From an uncultured delta proteobacterium (lineage in GTDB: Bacteria > Desulfobacterota > Binatia > UBA9968), in NCBI GenBank assembly GCA_963745835.1, contig CAVUZH010000003.1:1152001-1216000 (forward strand): 64,000 nt of DNA, written 5' to 3'. The position numbers and the translations under genes are program-made. The notes under the pieces were generated by a model. The model was not told where the DNA came from. It saw nothing but the letters and a program-made list of their open reading frames with translations, and did not search any database. This document shows, piece after piece, positions 10,788 to 21,297 of the stretch (position 1 is its first letter; each line of letters begins with the position of its first letter).

Positions 10788-10950
10788 ATGGAGAAAAACA
10801 TCATGATGGTACTACTTGGCTGCTTCATCATTGCAGTAGGTGCAGGTGTCGCCGCTTCAGGGATCATAGGGTATATTCTGCGAGCATGTTGATTCGGAGA
10901 TACGAAAAGGCTGATCGTCCTATAAAAATCTCATCTACAAGCGCAATTAC
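10788..10950 (+). pseudogene. Degenerate paralogue of the 5312-5506 membrane peptide
   Basis: Identical MEKNIMMVLLG start; early stop at 10892; DNA similarity continues (aaggctgatcgtcctataaaaatctcat). Confidence 0.55.
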
Positions 10951-11434
10951 AATTCAGCCCATCTCTCATCCACGCACTGCCGTACCAATTCCAAACCATG
11001 CGCCTCGGCTTCCTTGATCGTCTTGAATATCTTGCCCTCGATTCGTGCAACCGTGACGATAGAGCCGGCCAGACCGCTCCGGTAAATCGTTCCAAGCGAG
11101 TGGCAGCCTTACATATACGCTGGACTCGATTTACCACTGATTTTAGAGCCCTTGTATAGGATTGATGGCCGAGGACATGCCGTAATTCGGTATGATCTTC
11201 GACGAGTAAAATTTTTCTCACACAAGAAGCTAATCATTGCCGTTTGCTCTGTTAACCGACACAATTTCGACCAACGGGACATAAGTGGCGCAATTCGATA
11301 GCAGGCAGTCGCCAAGAAAAAAACCGACATTTTCTACCTCACGCCGCGAGTTCTTGCGTATATCTGCGAGTATGCGAACAATGCGTGAAAGGGCGTCCGG
11401 CGTGTACCCACAAGCTTCCTTAGCAGTTTAAACG

Positions 11435-13087
11435 ATGTATCTTTACAGATTTTTAATCGTCTCGTGTTTTGGTCTTTTCATCTCTTGTTCGAGCATCAAT
11501 CCCAAAGCTCCGGGTAATGGACCTTTGCGGATTCATCGTGCAAATCCTATCTATTTTACGGATAATTCAGGAAAAGCGATCTACCTTTCGGGACACCAGT
11601 CTTTCATTGACCTGCAGGATCCTGCTTCAAGGATGCTGGATTGGCCATGGTACCTTCAACTCCTGACTGACAAGAACATAAACTATATACGGAATTGGAG
11701 CGAGTCCGCTTTCACTGCCAGTCCGGCCGGCGTGTCTCCCTTGCCTTATAAGCGTGTTTCCGGATACGGGAATGCGAACGACGGCGGTGAAAAATTTGAT
11801 CTTTATCAATTTGAACAATCTTTCTTTGATAGAATGCGCGAAAGAGCGATCGACCTTGGGAATAGAGGCATATATATCAGCTATATGCTTTTTGATGTAT
11901 ATGGCTTTGAAAGCCGCCAGAACCCCGGTGGAGGTTTAAATCAAGTTTTTAATGCGAGCAATAATATCAATGGGATTGAAGCCAGTGACCTGTCTTTCTT
12001 TTTCTCGCCTTCTCCGGAATTAGTGGCTCTCCAGAAGGCGTATGTCAGCAAAGTGATAGATACAGTAGGCGACCTGGATAACGTTTTTTTTGAGATAGCC
12101 AATGAGTTAGGAGCGGTGAGCTGGCAATACGAGATCATCAACCACATTAAAAATTATGAGGCATCCAGGCCAAAACAGCATCTGATATTATACAGCCCTG
12201 CTGGCTTGTTAAGGGACGGGACAAATTACCACGACAGTTCTTTGGACGAAGCTTATGCCAGCGGAGCAAGCGTATACTCCGTTGCAAGCGGGTGGGCAGA
12301 TTATATAAACAATCCTCCAATAAATAATACCCGCGTCCCTCTGATTATAGACATGGATCACATATCAGGTTGGCGTGATCAATCCATGAGCACGCTCGCT
12401 CAAATCCCATGGAAAGCGTTCATGCGGGGCTATCACTTCAACTTGTACGATGCGCCGTTTGAAGATCCGACAATGGAGAGGGCTGACTGGGATAAATATC
12501 GAACCTCAACGGGCAGCACGGTTAATTATGCGAAAAGAATTGCGGATCTTGCCGGAATGCTCCCATCCACAGAGGTAAGCTCAACCGGTTTCGCTCTTGC
12601 CAAAGCAGGTTCTGATTATCTCGTCTACGCGCCCGGCGGAGGTTCTTTCAACGTAGATCTGCGGAACGGAAATTATTTTTACGAATGGTTTGATCCCAAT
12701 ACCGCAAGGCTCATAAATACGGGCTGTGTAAAGGCTTTGGGAGGTTTACAGTCTTTTTCACCTCCTTTCTCGGGCGATGCGGTGCTGTATCTTACTTCAG
12801 GCACTTCTCCGACTCGGCCTCCATCTGTTCCAAGCAGGTGCGGTACTATATGGAACTCCTATCTTGCTGTCCCGAAGCTTTCTTTACTTATTCCCCCCAT
12901 CGGTCGTGAGTTGCCAGCCGGCGCGAATCTTGCTCCTTCGCACCGATCGAGCGTTTTGAGACCGTTATGTGTTGCTCATTCAGTCACAAAGACATGGAGG
13001 TTTTGCCATGGACGGGGAGTGGAAGTGCCGGAGATCTTGAAGCCTTTGTATTCGAGCATTGCAGTGTGTCCCATGCTTCAAAGTTAG
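11435..13087 (+). CDS. Lipoprotein, glycoside-hydrolase-like TIM barrel with a C-terminal putative collagen-binding-type domain
   Basis: Lipobox-like FISC; NPIYFTDNSGKAIYL, FFEIANE, YLVYAP..EWFDP; the last ~80 aa look like read-through. Confidence 0.7.
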   Translation: MYLYRFLIVSCFGLFISCSSINPKAPGNGPLRIHRANPIYFTDNSGKAIYLSGHQSFIDLQDPASRMLDWPWYLQLLTDKNINYIRNWSESAFTASPAGVSPLPYKRVSGYGNANDGGEKFDLYQFEQSFFDRMRERAIDLGNRGIYISYMLFDVYGFESRQNPGGGLNQVFNASNNINGIEASDLSFFFSPSPELVALQKAYVSKVIDTVGDLDNVFFEIANELGAVSWQYEIINHIKNYEASRPKQHLILYSPAGLLRDGTNYHDSSLDEAYASGASVYSVASGWADYINNPPINNTRVPLIIDMDHISGWRDQSMSTLAQIPWKAFMRGYHFNLYDAPFEDPTMERADWDKYRTSTGSTVNYAKRIADLAGMLPSTEVSSTGFALAKAGSDYLVYAPGGGSFNVDLRNGNYFYEWFDPNTARLINTGCVKALGGLQSFSPPFSGDAVLYLTSGTSPTRPPSVPSRCGTIWNSYLAVPKLSLLIPPIGRELPAGANLAPSHRSSVLRPLCVAHSVTKTWRFCHGRGVEVPEILKPLYSSIAVCPMLQS

Positions 13088-13165
13088 TGATGTAAACATT
13101 GCGTTGTCGGATTCAGAATTGCGCAGCCTGCCTAGTAGTAGTCAATTCACATCACAAATTTTTAA

Positions 13166-14682
13166 TGTTGTAGTTCAGCCAATATGTCACCTTAACTGCT
13201 CAGCGAAAATGTCACCCCTGAGTGGTAGTGTGGTAAGGTTTCAGTTCGATTGTGAGATCTCCATCAGGGTTGATTTTGGGGGTACCTAGGTGCCCGCCAG
13301 TCCGAGAACGTGCGTTATAAGCGAAATACGGCGGTGGTTTTTTAGATTGTTTTCTCGAATCGAGGAGTTTTCTGTCTTTGACCGAGCGATAATGCCGGCG
13401 CAAGGTTCTTAATGGTCCTTGCACCGCAGGAGGAGGGCTCTCCAAGAGCAGCTCGTTTTTGCAGTACACGCGCCAACGGCCATCGAGCAATTGACGGATC
13501 TCGACACGGGCTCTGGCATATCCTCGACGATGCGGTCCCGCCGGGATGTCGAGGATCATTCCTGAAAGCCGCACTGCATTATCATTGCCGACGGTGGCTT
13601 CATAGAGAAAACTGCAGGTCCGATCGACATCGACTGTTTTGGGCAGAGGACGCCAGGCTGGTTGGCTTTCTCTGGCCGGTTTGGCAAAGCGGGTGTTGAA
13701 ATCGGTTTTGAACGGGCCGTTCACAAAGAGCGTCGCTTGTTGGGGGCTGGTGATCCGTGCCAGCCTGAGCTCCTGGACCAACCGATCCTGCAAAGTATTA
13801 AACAGCCGCTCCACACGTCCCTTGGCTTGAGGCGAGAGTGCAAAGATCGGCTTTATACCGAAAGCCAAAAGCGCCTGAGTCACTTGAGTGGGCGTTTGTT
13901 GCCCGGCCAGCTGCTCTTGCACGGTCCAGTGATCGTCGTTACGACGGAAGATCCCATGGCGATCCATGTACATGGCCAAGGGAATGCCGTTCTCGAGCAC
14001 GATCTGTCTGAGGCAGATCAAATAGCTCTGGGCATCCTCCTGGCGGGCAAACACGCCGCACACCAACTTCCCCGTGGCATCATCGATCGCCGCCATCAAA
14101 CTCCACTCGCCGAACTTCTCTCCAAACCAGCGGTGAGGACTCCCGTCCCACAACAACAGAGATCCTTCCTGGGCTTTGCGCTCGCGGCGCTTGTAGTGGC
14201 GCTTGACACCGCGCTTTCGCACCGCAGCGATCCCGGCCTCACGCAACACCCGGCGCACCGTGGCGCGCGATACCTCGAGCTTTTCTTTCTCCTTGAGCTT
14301 CTCGGTCAGGTGCGTGTCGTTGAGTCCCTGGTAGCGTCCACGTGCCAATGCGATCACCTTCTGCATTCTTTGCGATGCCGTCTTGTTCCAGGCCGCTTTG
14401 CCGCGATTGCCATGCATTAGACCTTCGCTACCTCGCTCTTTTATCTTTCGCCGCAGCCGTTTCATCTGGCGCGCCGAGATCTCCAAAAGCTTCGCCCCCT
14501 TGCCCACGCTCTCTCGCCCCTCTAACGTCAATCGAACCACATGCAGTCGATGTAATTCTCTCTGACTCACCCTCATCTCCCTTTCGCTCATCCCATCTCC
14601 TCCTTCTCGGAGAAGATCCTACCCGAAGGGGTGTCAGAATCGCTGAACAGTTTTGGGGTGACATTTTCGCTGAACTACCACA
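13166..14682 (-). mobile_element. IS1202-family (ISNCY) insertion sequence
   Basis: 26-bp imperfect IRs TGTTGTAGTTCAGCCAATATGTCACC and TGTGGTAGTTCAGCGAAAATGTCACC; 16-bp target duplication CATCACAAATTTTTAA. Confidence 0.9.
13212..14591 (-). CDS. DDE transposase, IS1202/ISNCY type
   Basis: N-terminal HTH; DGSPHRWF, AIDDATG, YMDRHGIF, SPQAKGRVERLFNTLQDRL. Confidence 0.95.
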   Translation of the reverse strand: MSEREMRVSQRELHRLHVVRLTLEGRESVGKGAKLLEISARQMKRLRRKIKERGSEGLMHGNRGKAAWNKTASQRMQKVIALARGRYQGLNDTHLTEKLKEKEKLEVSRATVRRVLREAGIAAVRKRGVKRHYKRRERKAQEGSLLLWDGSPHRWFGEKFGEWSLMAAIDDATGKLVCGVFARQEDAQSYLICLRQIVLENGIPLAMYMDRHGIFRRNDDHWTVQEQLAGQQTPTQVTQALLAFGIKPIFALSPQAKGRVERLFNTLQDRLVQELRLARITSPQQATLFVNGPFKTDFNTRFAKPARESQPAWRPLPKTVDVDRTCSFLYEATVGNDNAVRLSGMILDIPAGPHRRGYARARVEIRQLLDGRWRVYCKNELLLESPPPAVQGPLRTLRRHYRSVKDRKLLDSRKQSKKPPPYFAYNARSRTGGHLGTPKINPDGDLTIELKPYHTTTQG

Positions 14683-14781
14683 CATCACAAATTTTTAATT
14701 GACAGTAGATCACTGACGCATGTATTAGGATGAAACCACTTCTCGTTATCCTCACGTCACATTCACTTAGGGGGTCGAACT

Positions 14782-15687
14782 TTGAAAAAGCAAGTAATCG
14801 TGTACTCGGTTTTGTTGTTCGCAACTATTCTGCTTATGTTGACGACGCCTAACATATCCAGTAGCCAATCTGTCTTCGAAGCGTCTCTGCCCACCGTGTG
14901 GCGACCCAGCAATGGCACTTGGTTTATCCTCGACGGTTCCACACCCCGGGTAGTACAGTGGGGTGTCGGTGGTGACATTCCAGTGCCCGGTGATTATGAC
15001 GGCACCGGTAACACGTTAGACGACCTTGCCGTCTGGCGACCTAGCAACGGCACTTGGTTCATCCTTCAGTCGAATAACAACACACGGATCGTACAGTGGG
15101 GTGTTGGTGGTGACATTCCAGTGCCCGGTGACTATGACGGTGACGGTAAGACCGATATCGCTGTATGGCGGCCCGATGAAGGCAATTGGTACGTCATCAA
15201 CAGCACCGCTAATATTCCAATGGTTATACAGTGGGGTGTCGGTGGTGACATTCCAGTGCCCGGGGACTACGATGGTGACGGTAAGACCGATCTCGCTGTA
15301 TGGCGGCCCGATGAAGGCAATTGGTACGTCATCAACATTGCGACGAAGGCGTCACGGATTGTGAGGTGGGGTATGGGTGGTGACATTCCAGTGCCCGGGG
15401 ACTACGATGGTGACGGTAAGACCGATCTCGCTGTATGGCGGCCTCATGAAGGCAATTGGTACGTCATCAACAGTGCGACGAATACCACACGGGTGGTGCA
15501 GTGGGGTCGTGGTGGTGATATTCCAGTGCCGAGTGACTATAGCGTTAATGGGTCTGCTTTTGACTTGCGGACGGACTTTGTTGTATGGCGGCCTAGGGAA
15601 GGAAACTGGTACATCCTGAACAGCGCGACTGGTACCACAACAGTAGTGCAGTGGGGTCGTAGTGGTGATATTCCAGTTTCCGATTGA
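14782..15687 (+). CDS. Secreted FG-GAP/VCBS-repeat beta-propeller protein
   Basis: Signal peptide; six VWRP..G.W..QWG.GGDIPVPGDYDGDGKTD repeats. Confidence 0.9.
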   Translation: MKKQVIVYSVLLFATILLMLTTPNISSSQSVFEASLPTVWRPSNGTWFILDGSTPRVVQWGVGGDIPVPGDYDGTGNTLDDLAVWRPSNGTWFILQSNNNTRIVQWGVGGDIPVPGDYDGDGKTDIAVWRPDEGNWYVINSTANIPMVIQWGVGGDIPVPGDYDGDGKTDLAVWRPDEGNWYVINIATKASRIVRWGMGGDIPVPGDYDGDGKTDLAVWRPHEGNWYVINSATNTTRVVQWGRGGDIPVPSDYSVNGSAFDLRTDFVVWRPREGNWYILNSATGTTTVVQWGRSGDIPVSD

Positions 15688-16620
15688 GTTTCTATTGGTT
15701 ACGTAGTCGTCAAGCAACAAACTGTTCTCTGAGTTTTTGTCTGACGTCAAGACTATGCGTTTTCGGTGTCGCCCTGCTAAAGGGTAGTCTCGATTAAGCG
15801 CCGAAGATACAGCCGTAACTACTCCTTGCGGCAGCCGAGCCTCGCCTTCCCGCAGATTGCGCTCATGCTGCGCGATCTCGGCCTCTAGTTCACGGATGCG
15901 TTTCAGCATTGCTTCACGTTCGAGAGTCTTTTGCGGGTCCAGCATAATGAGTGGCGCAGCTTATATGCTTGGGCAGACTAGACGTCAAGGGTTCGGCGCC
16001 GGGAGTCTCAGCGTACAATTTTTCGTGGCGTTGAACTACTTGATCGAGCTATCGCCATTGTGCTATTAACCTCGTCCACTTCGAATTGTACGTGCTCGGT
16101 TTCAACTCTAGCCCTGGCCGGGTGTTCCCATGATCCCGTGAAACTCTCGCATTGAGAGTTTGCCGGCCGCTAAGTGCCAGATTCTGTTTCTGGCGGAAAT
16201 TGGACGATGAAAAACAAGCTGGTAGCGGAACTAGCAAGACTTGAAGTCGAGCACGGTCATGAATGGCGCGGAATACTTCAAGAACAATTTGGCCGGCTGT
16301 GGCTCAGGGTAAACGTGCCGGAAGAGAAGCCGGCAAAGGAACCGCTAAAACTGCCTAAGATCAGGGGTCAGGGCGGCAAAGTCGCGTAAATGCATCATCC
16401 CCGGTTACTGTCCAGAATTACGACCGCGGCGTTTTGATGAGAAGAAATGGAGGACGGCCAAGCTGGGGCGGAGGGAGCTTGACATCATAGCCGCGTAGCC
16501 TGAGCTTTTTTGCTCGAGCTAACGCTGCCAGCCAGTTTTCAAATGACTCGCGCCTTGGGTCTGCGATCACCTGGTTTAGATTCTTTTGTTTGGTGAGGAT
16601 GGGAGTGTCTTTGCTTTGTT

Positions 16621-17033
16621 TCAAGTTCGTCTTTCCACCCGACCGGAACCGGTCCATCTTGCAGCGACTCCAACCGCAATGAAAGGGCCATGGACAAGAG
16701 CACGTAATCTGTCGGTCTTTGAAACTTCGGCGAGCGCTAAAGTACCGTACCGTTTGTCACAGAGTGACATCTGTGACGTCAAATTGCCAGATGCGAAGAG
16801 AAAGACCACAAAGACCTGCCGAAACTATGCGATGAAATCGCTACTGAGTGGCACCCATACATGATCGGACCCGATGCCGTAACAACCCGGACCTGCTTCG
16901 GTCGTGCTGGCGCATTCGGCTGGATCCGATCGATCACGAGACTAACCGCATTCTGAATGCTGCCCTGAACCGTCTTCAAATCTGGCGACCGGCTGATGAT
17001 ATCGGGTGTTTTCTTAGGCTTAGGCATTCCCAT
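16621..17033 (-). pseudogene. Hypothetical protein, frameshifted
   Basis: Two overlapping same-strand ORFs with protein-like sequence; RBS-like AGGGA. Confidence 0.35.
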
Positions 17034-17172
17034 TATGTTGTCCCTTGAACTGAAAAGGGTTTGTGATAGTTACCCCGGACATTTGCACCGGGAGATACTC
17101 ACATGTTTAATTTGCCCACACTATTGTCCGAGCATAAGGGACACACTGAGCTGCCCCGGGTTTCACGGACAG

Positions 17173-18038
17173 TTAATTAGACGACACTTCAATGGACTTG
17201 TACTGCACGGGCGGTTGATAACTCAACGACTGATGAAGTCGTTTACGATTGTAAAACAGTTCGATGTACTCAAAGATTTCGCTTCGTGCTTCATCGCGCG
17301 TTTGAAAGTTGCGGTGGTGAACGAGTTCATTCTTTAAGGAACTGAAGAAGCTTTCAGCCACAGCGTTATCATAGCAGTTGCCCTTGCCGCTCATACTGCG
17401 CAGCATCCCATACTGTTTTAGCAATGCTAGATAACTCCCGCTCGAGTACAAAATTCCCTGGTCGCTGTGGTGAATAAGGCCCGGGTTGGGTCGGCGCTGC
17501 TCCACCGCCATCATCAGCGCTTCATTGACTAGCTCCTGGTTAGGGCGGTCCTTCATCGACCAACCGACCACTAGCCGAGTATGCAAGTCGATCATCACGG
17601 CCAGGTACAACCATCCTGAGCGCGTCGGTATAAAAGTGACATCAGTCACCCAGATCTGATCGGGGAAAGCGGCCTTGAACGGCCAGCGTAAAAGATTCGC
17701 TGCCGCAGGGGCCGTGTTGCGGGCCTGAGAGCCCAGTCTGAATTCGCGCTTGCGACGCGATTCGATCCCGGCCTGACGCCGTAGCCGGGCCACTCGATGC
17801 CTGCCACATACCATCCCCCCTGTTTCAGACTCCGCCACGTCTTGGTTGCACCGTAAGCCTCCTTGCTCTCCTGATGGATCTTGCGAATCTCCTTGAGCAG
17901 AACACCGTCCTGTTGACTGCGTTTAGACTCCTCATGCCCCGCCCAGTCGTAGTACCCGCTGCGGCTGACTTGTAGAACTTGGCACATACGCTTGACGTCA
18001 AACTCTGCGCGGTTGGCTCGCATAAAGGCGTACTTCAC
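17173..18038 (-). pseudogene. IS3 transposase OrfB with an internal frameshift near 17820
   Basis: WVTDVT, HHSDQG, DNAVAESFFSSLK; N-terminal part is in a different frame. Confidence 0.9.
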
Positions 18039-18328
18039 TTGAGCTCCTTGGCAAAGTACGCGGCTGCCTTTTTTAAAATGTCTCGCTCCTCCTTAAGCCG
18101 CTCCAGTTCTTCCCGCAGTCGAGTCACCTCGTCACTGCTCTCTAGTCGGCGTCCCTTCCCCGGAAAAGCCCGCTTGCCACTTCGGCTGAGTTGATCTTTC
18201 CACTTGTAGAGTTGATTGCGACGAACCCCAAGTTCCCGAGCAAGATCGCTTGGCTGTTTCTTCGAGGTCTCTAATAACCGAACGGCTTCTCCTTTGAACT
18301 CTGCGCTAAACTGCTTGCGCTTCGTCAT
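18035..18328 (-). CDS. IS3 transposase OrfA
   Basis: FSAEFK.EAV..ARELGV..LYKW..ERDILKKAAAYFAK. Confidence 0.95.
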   Translation of the reverse strand: MTKRKQFSAEFKGEAVRLLETSKKQPSDLARELGVRRNQLYKWKDQLSRSGKRAFPGKGRRLESSDEVTRLREELERLKEERDILKKAAAYFAKELK

Positions 18329-18894
18329 CGAACACCTCCTCCAGGGGCTCTTGCCCCTTTTCTAGGTGTCCGTCAAACCCGGGCTACCTCACATATTTCT
18401 TACCTCATTATTGACGATCCTTTTCCTGGCTGTTTGTCTCAGCGGTTGCAGTAACAAAGATTCACTAGAGTCTTTGGAGATCGATGTTATGGCGTGGAAT
18501 GAAAAAGTAGACGACCTCAAAGCCAAAATAAAAAAAGGCTGCTGCTGATAATGATTCGGTTGCACATCTGAGCAACGAAGAAGAGGCTAAACGTCTCGAA
18601 GTCGAGCTTGAAACATTACAGGAACGGAATCGTGCATTGGAGGCCGAACGAGAAAGGAAACTATGATTATTGTACGATGTAGCATCAAGCCATTACACTG
18701 GCTGGGGATTCACGTTGAAGACGAGCTTCCGCCACAGTTACAATCCAGCTATGCTGCCGGTCACATCCCCCATTCTGTTCAATCGCCGCTTGACCGTCGT
18801 ATAACCGCCGCCCTCATATAGTTGAGGGCATTTGGTTTCTCTTATGCGTGCTCCGCTTCACTGTGCGAGTCGAGCGCATTCGAGATGCACAAAA

Positions 18895-19341
18895 CTATTG
18901 CATTACAGAATTTTGACGACGATCTTTTACCGTTGCTTTCAAATGCGGATGATAGGCAAGAGAAATGCGCGTATGCTTTTCGCAAGTTTTCAATCGAATC
19001 TCCTCGAGGTCAAAAGTATTCTGAGCGGGCAAATGATCACCGGTTAATCTTTTGCCTTTGCGACTCTCATGCTCTTGTTCGAAACATCGACTTAGGCGCG
19101 CTAGAAGTACATTTCCGTTCGCATCTTTGGATACGCTGCTTGTTAATCCCCATGCTAAAGCGAGCACCCGCGTATTGATTTGGTTTAAATCTAACGGTCC
19201 GCTGTGATGCTGGCATCATCTTCGGCGTGGGGAATCATCCACGTATACAGAAGAGCCGCAAAATCACCGGCCTCCAGCAGCCAGACGGTTAATACGTGCG
19301 TCTAATGACACTTCCGTAGATAAATAGCGACAGCGACTCAT
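18895..19341 (-). pseudogene. Phage-type replication initiator-like remnant
   Basis: MSRCRYLSTEVS...AALLYTWMIPHAEDD resembles the N-terminus of phage replisome organisers; frameshifted. Confidence 0.4.
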
Positions 19342-19345
19342 CGTT

Positions 19346-19540
19346 TCAGGCGGCCTTCTTTCGTCGAGCGGCGCCTAACAGCTTTTGCTGCAACCAGCGT
19401 ATAAGCTGTTCATCGACCTCTTCGCTTCCGCCGTTAGGAACGATGGTCGGTAAACTATTGAAACCATCTAAGAAAATCAGAAGCACCGACGCGGGGATTG
19501 ATTTTTGATCCCTTCCTTGTGTATTGTTCGTTCTGTTCAC
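19346..19540 (-). CDS. Small hypothetical protein
   Basis: RBS AGGAG; lies in an operon-like run after the xis-like gene. Confidence 0.5.
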   Translation of the reverse strand: MNRTNNTQGRDQKSIPASVLLIFLDGFNSLPTIVPNGGSEEVDEQLIRWLQQKLLGAARRKKAA

Positions 19541-19616
19541 AGTCTTTTCTCCTTTCTGATTTGTTGCGCCTCTTCTGGTTGCCGGCCAAAGCTATCCAGA
19601 AGGGGCGCAGGTGTTT

Positions 19617-19817
19617 TTAGCGCCCCACTGGCTGTTGATTGGATCTATTTTCGCGCTGAACGCGCAGTCGTTCGACGTCCGAGTGCGCAAATAGGCGATG
19701 GCCTTTACCGACCCGGATTGCTGGTAAGATCCCATCCCACTCAAACCGTCGAACTGAATCCGACGATAAGTCGAGAAGTCTGGTGGCCTGGGATACCGTA
19801 AGGAATTGCTGGTCCAT
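19617..19817 (-). CDS. Excisionase-like/MerR-type HTH DNA-binding protein
   Basis: FLTVSQATRLLDLSSDSVRR...GILPAIRV..GHRLF..SDVE; RBS GGAGG. Confidence 0.85.
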   Translation of the reverse strand: MDQQFLTVSQATRLLDLSSDSVRRFEWDGILPAIRVGKGHRLFAHSDVERLRVQRENRSNQQPVGR

Positions 19818-19955
19818 GTCTTTAGATCCTCCATTAGTGAGGGACATGGACAGAATATTAAACGGGCATGAAAACTAAATCACGGAAATTACCGATAGAA
19901 TGCACTAAAAAGATGGTCAGAAAATACCGGATAACAATTTTCTTAACCCTTAGCT

Positions 19956-20988
19956 TTACTCCCAGTCCCACTCCCAGGTTTCACGGCGTGGCGGCGGATC
20001 GCTGAGAGCTGATTCGTTTCTCTCAGGGTCATACGTCCAGCTTCCGCCGTATGGAGGGGGTTTACCATGCACCACATCTCCCTTCTTATATTTGCCTTCG
20101 ATGACATTCTTTAAAATTCGCTTTCGTTCCTCGCGTTTTGGCTTAGGCGTATCGATGTACACTTCAAAGCCTTGTTCCAATTGACAGAGTATCGACTTCC
20201 AAGATTTCATATTAGATTTTACTGTTTCAACTCTTTGCGTTGTCGCATGACGTAGCGTTTGATTTTCTTTTGGATCGTTGCCCGACCTCAGTATCCTCAA
20301 CAGTCGTCCGGTCAGCCGATGACTGCTCCCGCAAATTTATCTTTGCGAGGCGCTCGTGAACAGCCAGTGAAAAAAGACTTCCTCGCGGATCAGATTTTCT
20401 GCCAACGCGCGCACTTTTGGTCCGGAGTTGCCCATTGAGACGATTCGCCGCTTCTGCAAAACACTTATAAAGCGGAAAGCGATTAGCCATCTCTTCTTCG
20501 ATGCGAAACGGTAAAACTTCCGCGCTTGTAAGCGCGTAGTTTTTTGGCCTTCTATCATTGACTTCCATGGGTTTAGGATGAATTTCTCGTACCACTCATA
20601 ACTCGAAACCGATAGTGTTGGATTCTTTTTGTTTTCATCCGCAACCGCATTTAACACCTGAATCGCGCCGGATACGATGATTCCTGGCGGACTCGGCGGT
20701 AAAGTGGAGAGATCTAGCTTCAACCTTTTTCCGCTGATTGATCCGAAACTTCTTTGCGTATGCGGTCCCAAGCAGTGACGCTCTGCTTAGGAAATCAATG
20801 TACTGGAGGTCGGCAATAGTCGCGCCGGCTTGGAAAACATCTCTGTAGGCTGGGTAAAAAGGCTGATCGTGGAAAAAGGAAATCTCCTGTTCGTACCACG
20901 AGTCGAATCCCTGTCGTAATTCTTTTTGCTGCGCTGTGCTAGGTTGGAAAGTAACATTGCAGTTCGCGGGTTTTGGCATTGGCGTCAT
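19956..20988 (-). pseudogene. Hypothetical protein broken into several frames
   Basis: RBS AAGGAG; consecutive overlapping ORFs 20635-20988, 20337-20771 and 19956-20300. Confidence 0.45.
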
Positions 20989-21000
20989 CTCTCCTTGACG

Positions 21001-21067
21001 TGCTCTCGTTGTAGGGATGGGCCTCAGGCCGGCGAGAGTACCGGCTTTCGGGAGCTACCCTAGAGGC
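21001..21067 (-). ncRNA. Putative structured leader (antisense/c4-like switch)
   Basis: Multi-stem hairpin whose segments are complementary to two boxes just upstream of the RBS. Confidence 0.35.
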
Positions 21068-21297
21068 TTTGCGTGTAAACGGCTCTATCCTAAACGTTAT
21101 GTATGTAAGCACCAATGATTGTTTTACTTAGATCGCTGGCAACGTGGGGCGATACAATTGCTCTCGTGCTGGAGCATCTCTTGCCGCTGAGCATCCGCTG
21201 CTTCGAGTGTTAGGCCAACGCTGCCGATCGCGGGCACGGGGATGGTTTTGTGAAGTGTCATGTCTGCGGCGCACCGCATGGTTAAAGCTTTGCACCC

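Larger units (their letters stand above)
17147..18391 (-). mobile_element. IS3-family insertion sequence
   Basis: IRs TGAGCTGCCCCGGGTTTCACGGACA and TGAGGTAGCCCGGGTTTGACGGACA; orfA and orfB; imperfect 3-bp flanks CAC/CAT. Confidence 0.95.
17103..18666 (+). pseudogene. Small coiled-coil lipoprotein gene interrupted by IS3
   Basis: Removing the IS restores MFNLPTLLSEHKGHIFLTSLLTILFLAVCLSGC-SNK...; a further frameshift lies in an A-run near 18530. Confidence 0.65.

Noticed and set aside
10931-11221. Response regulator gene
   Set aside because: Only the first ~17 residues (KILLVEDH..LR) resemble a receiver domain; too little to call
13662-14420. 252-aa plus-strand ORF
   Set aside because: Antisense shadow of the IS1202-type transposase
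14897-15680. Conserved blocks with variable spacers as a CRISPR array or DGR
   Set aside because: They are in-frame FG-GAP blades of one protein; no reverse transcriptase or adenine-specific variation is seen
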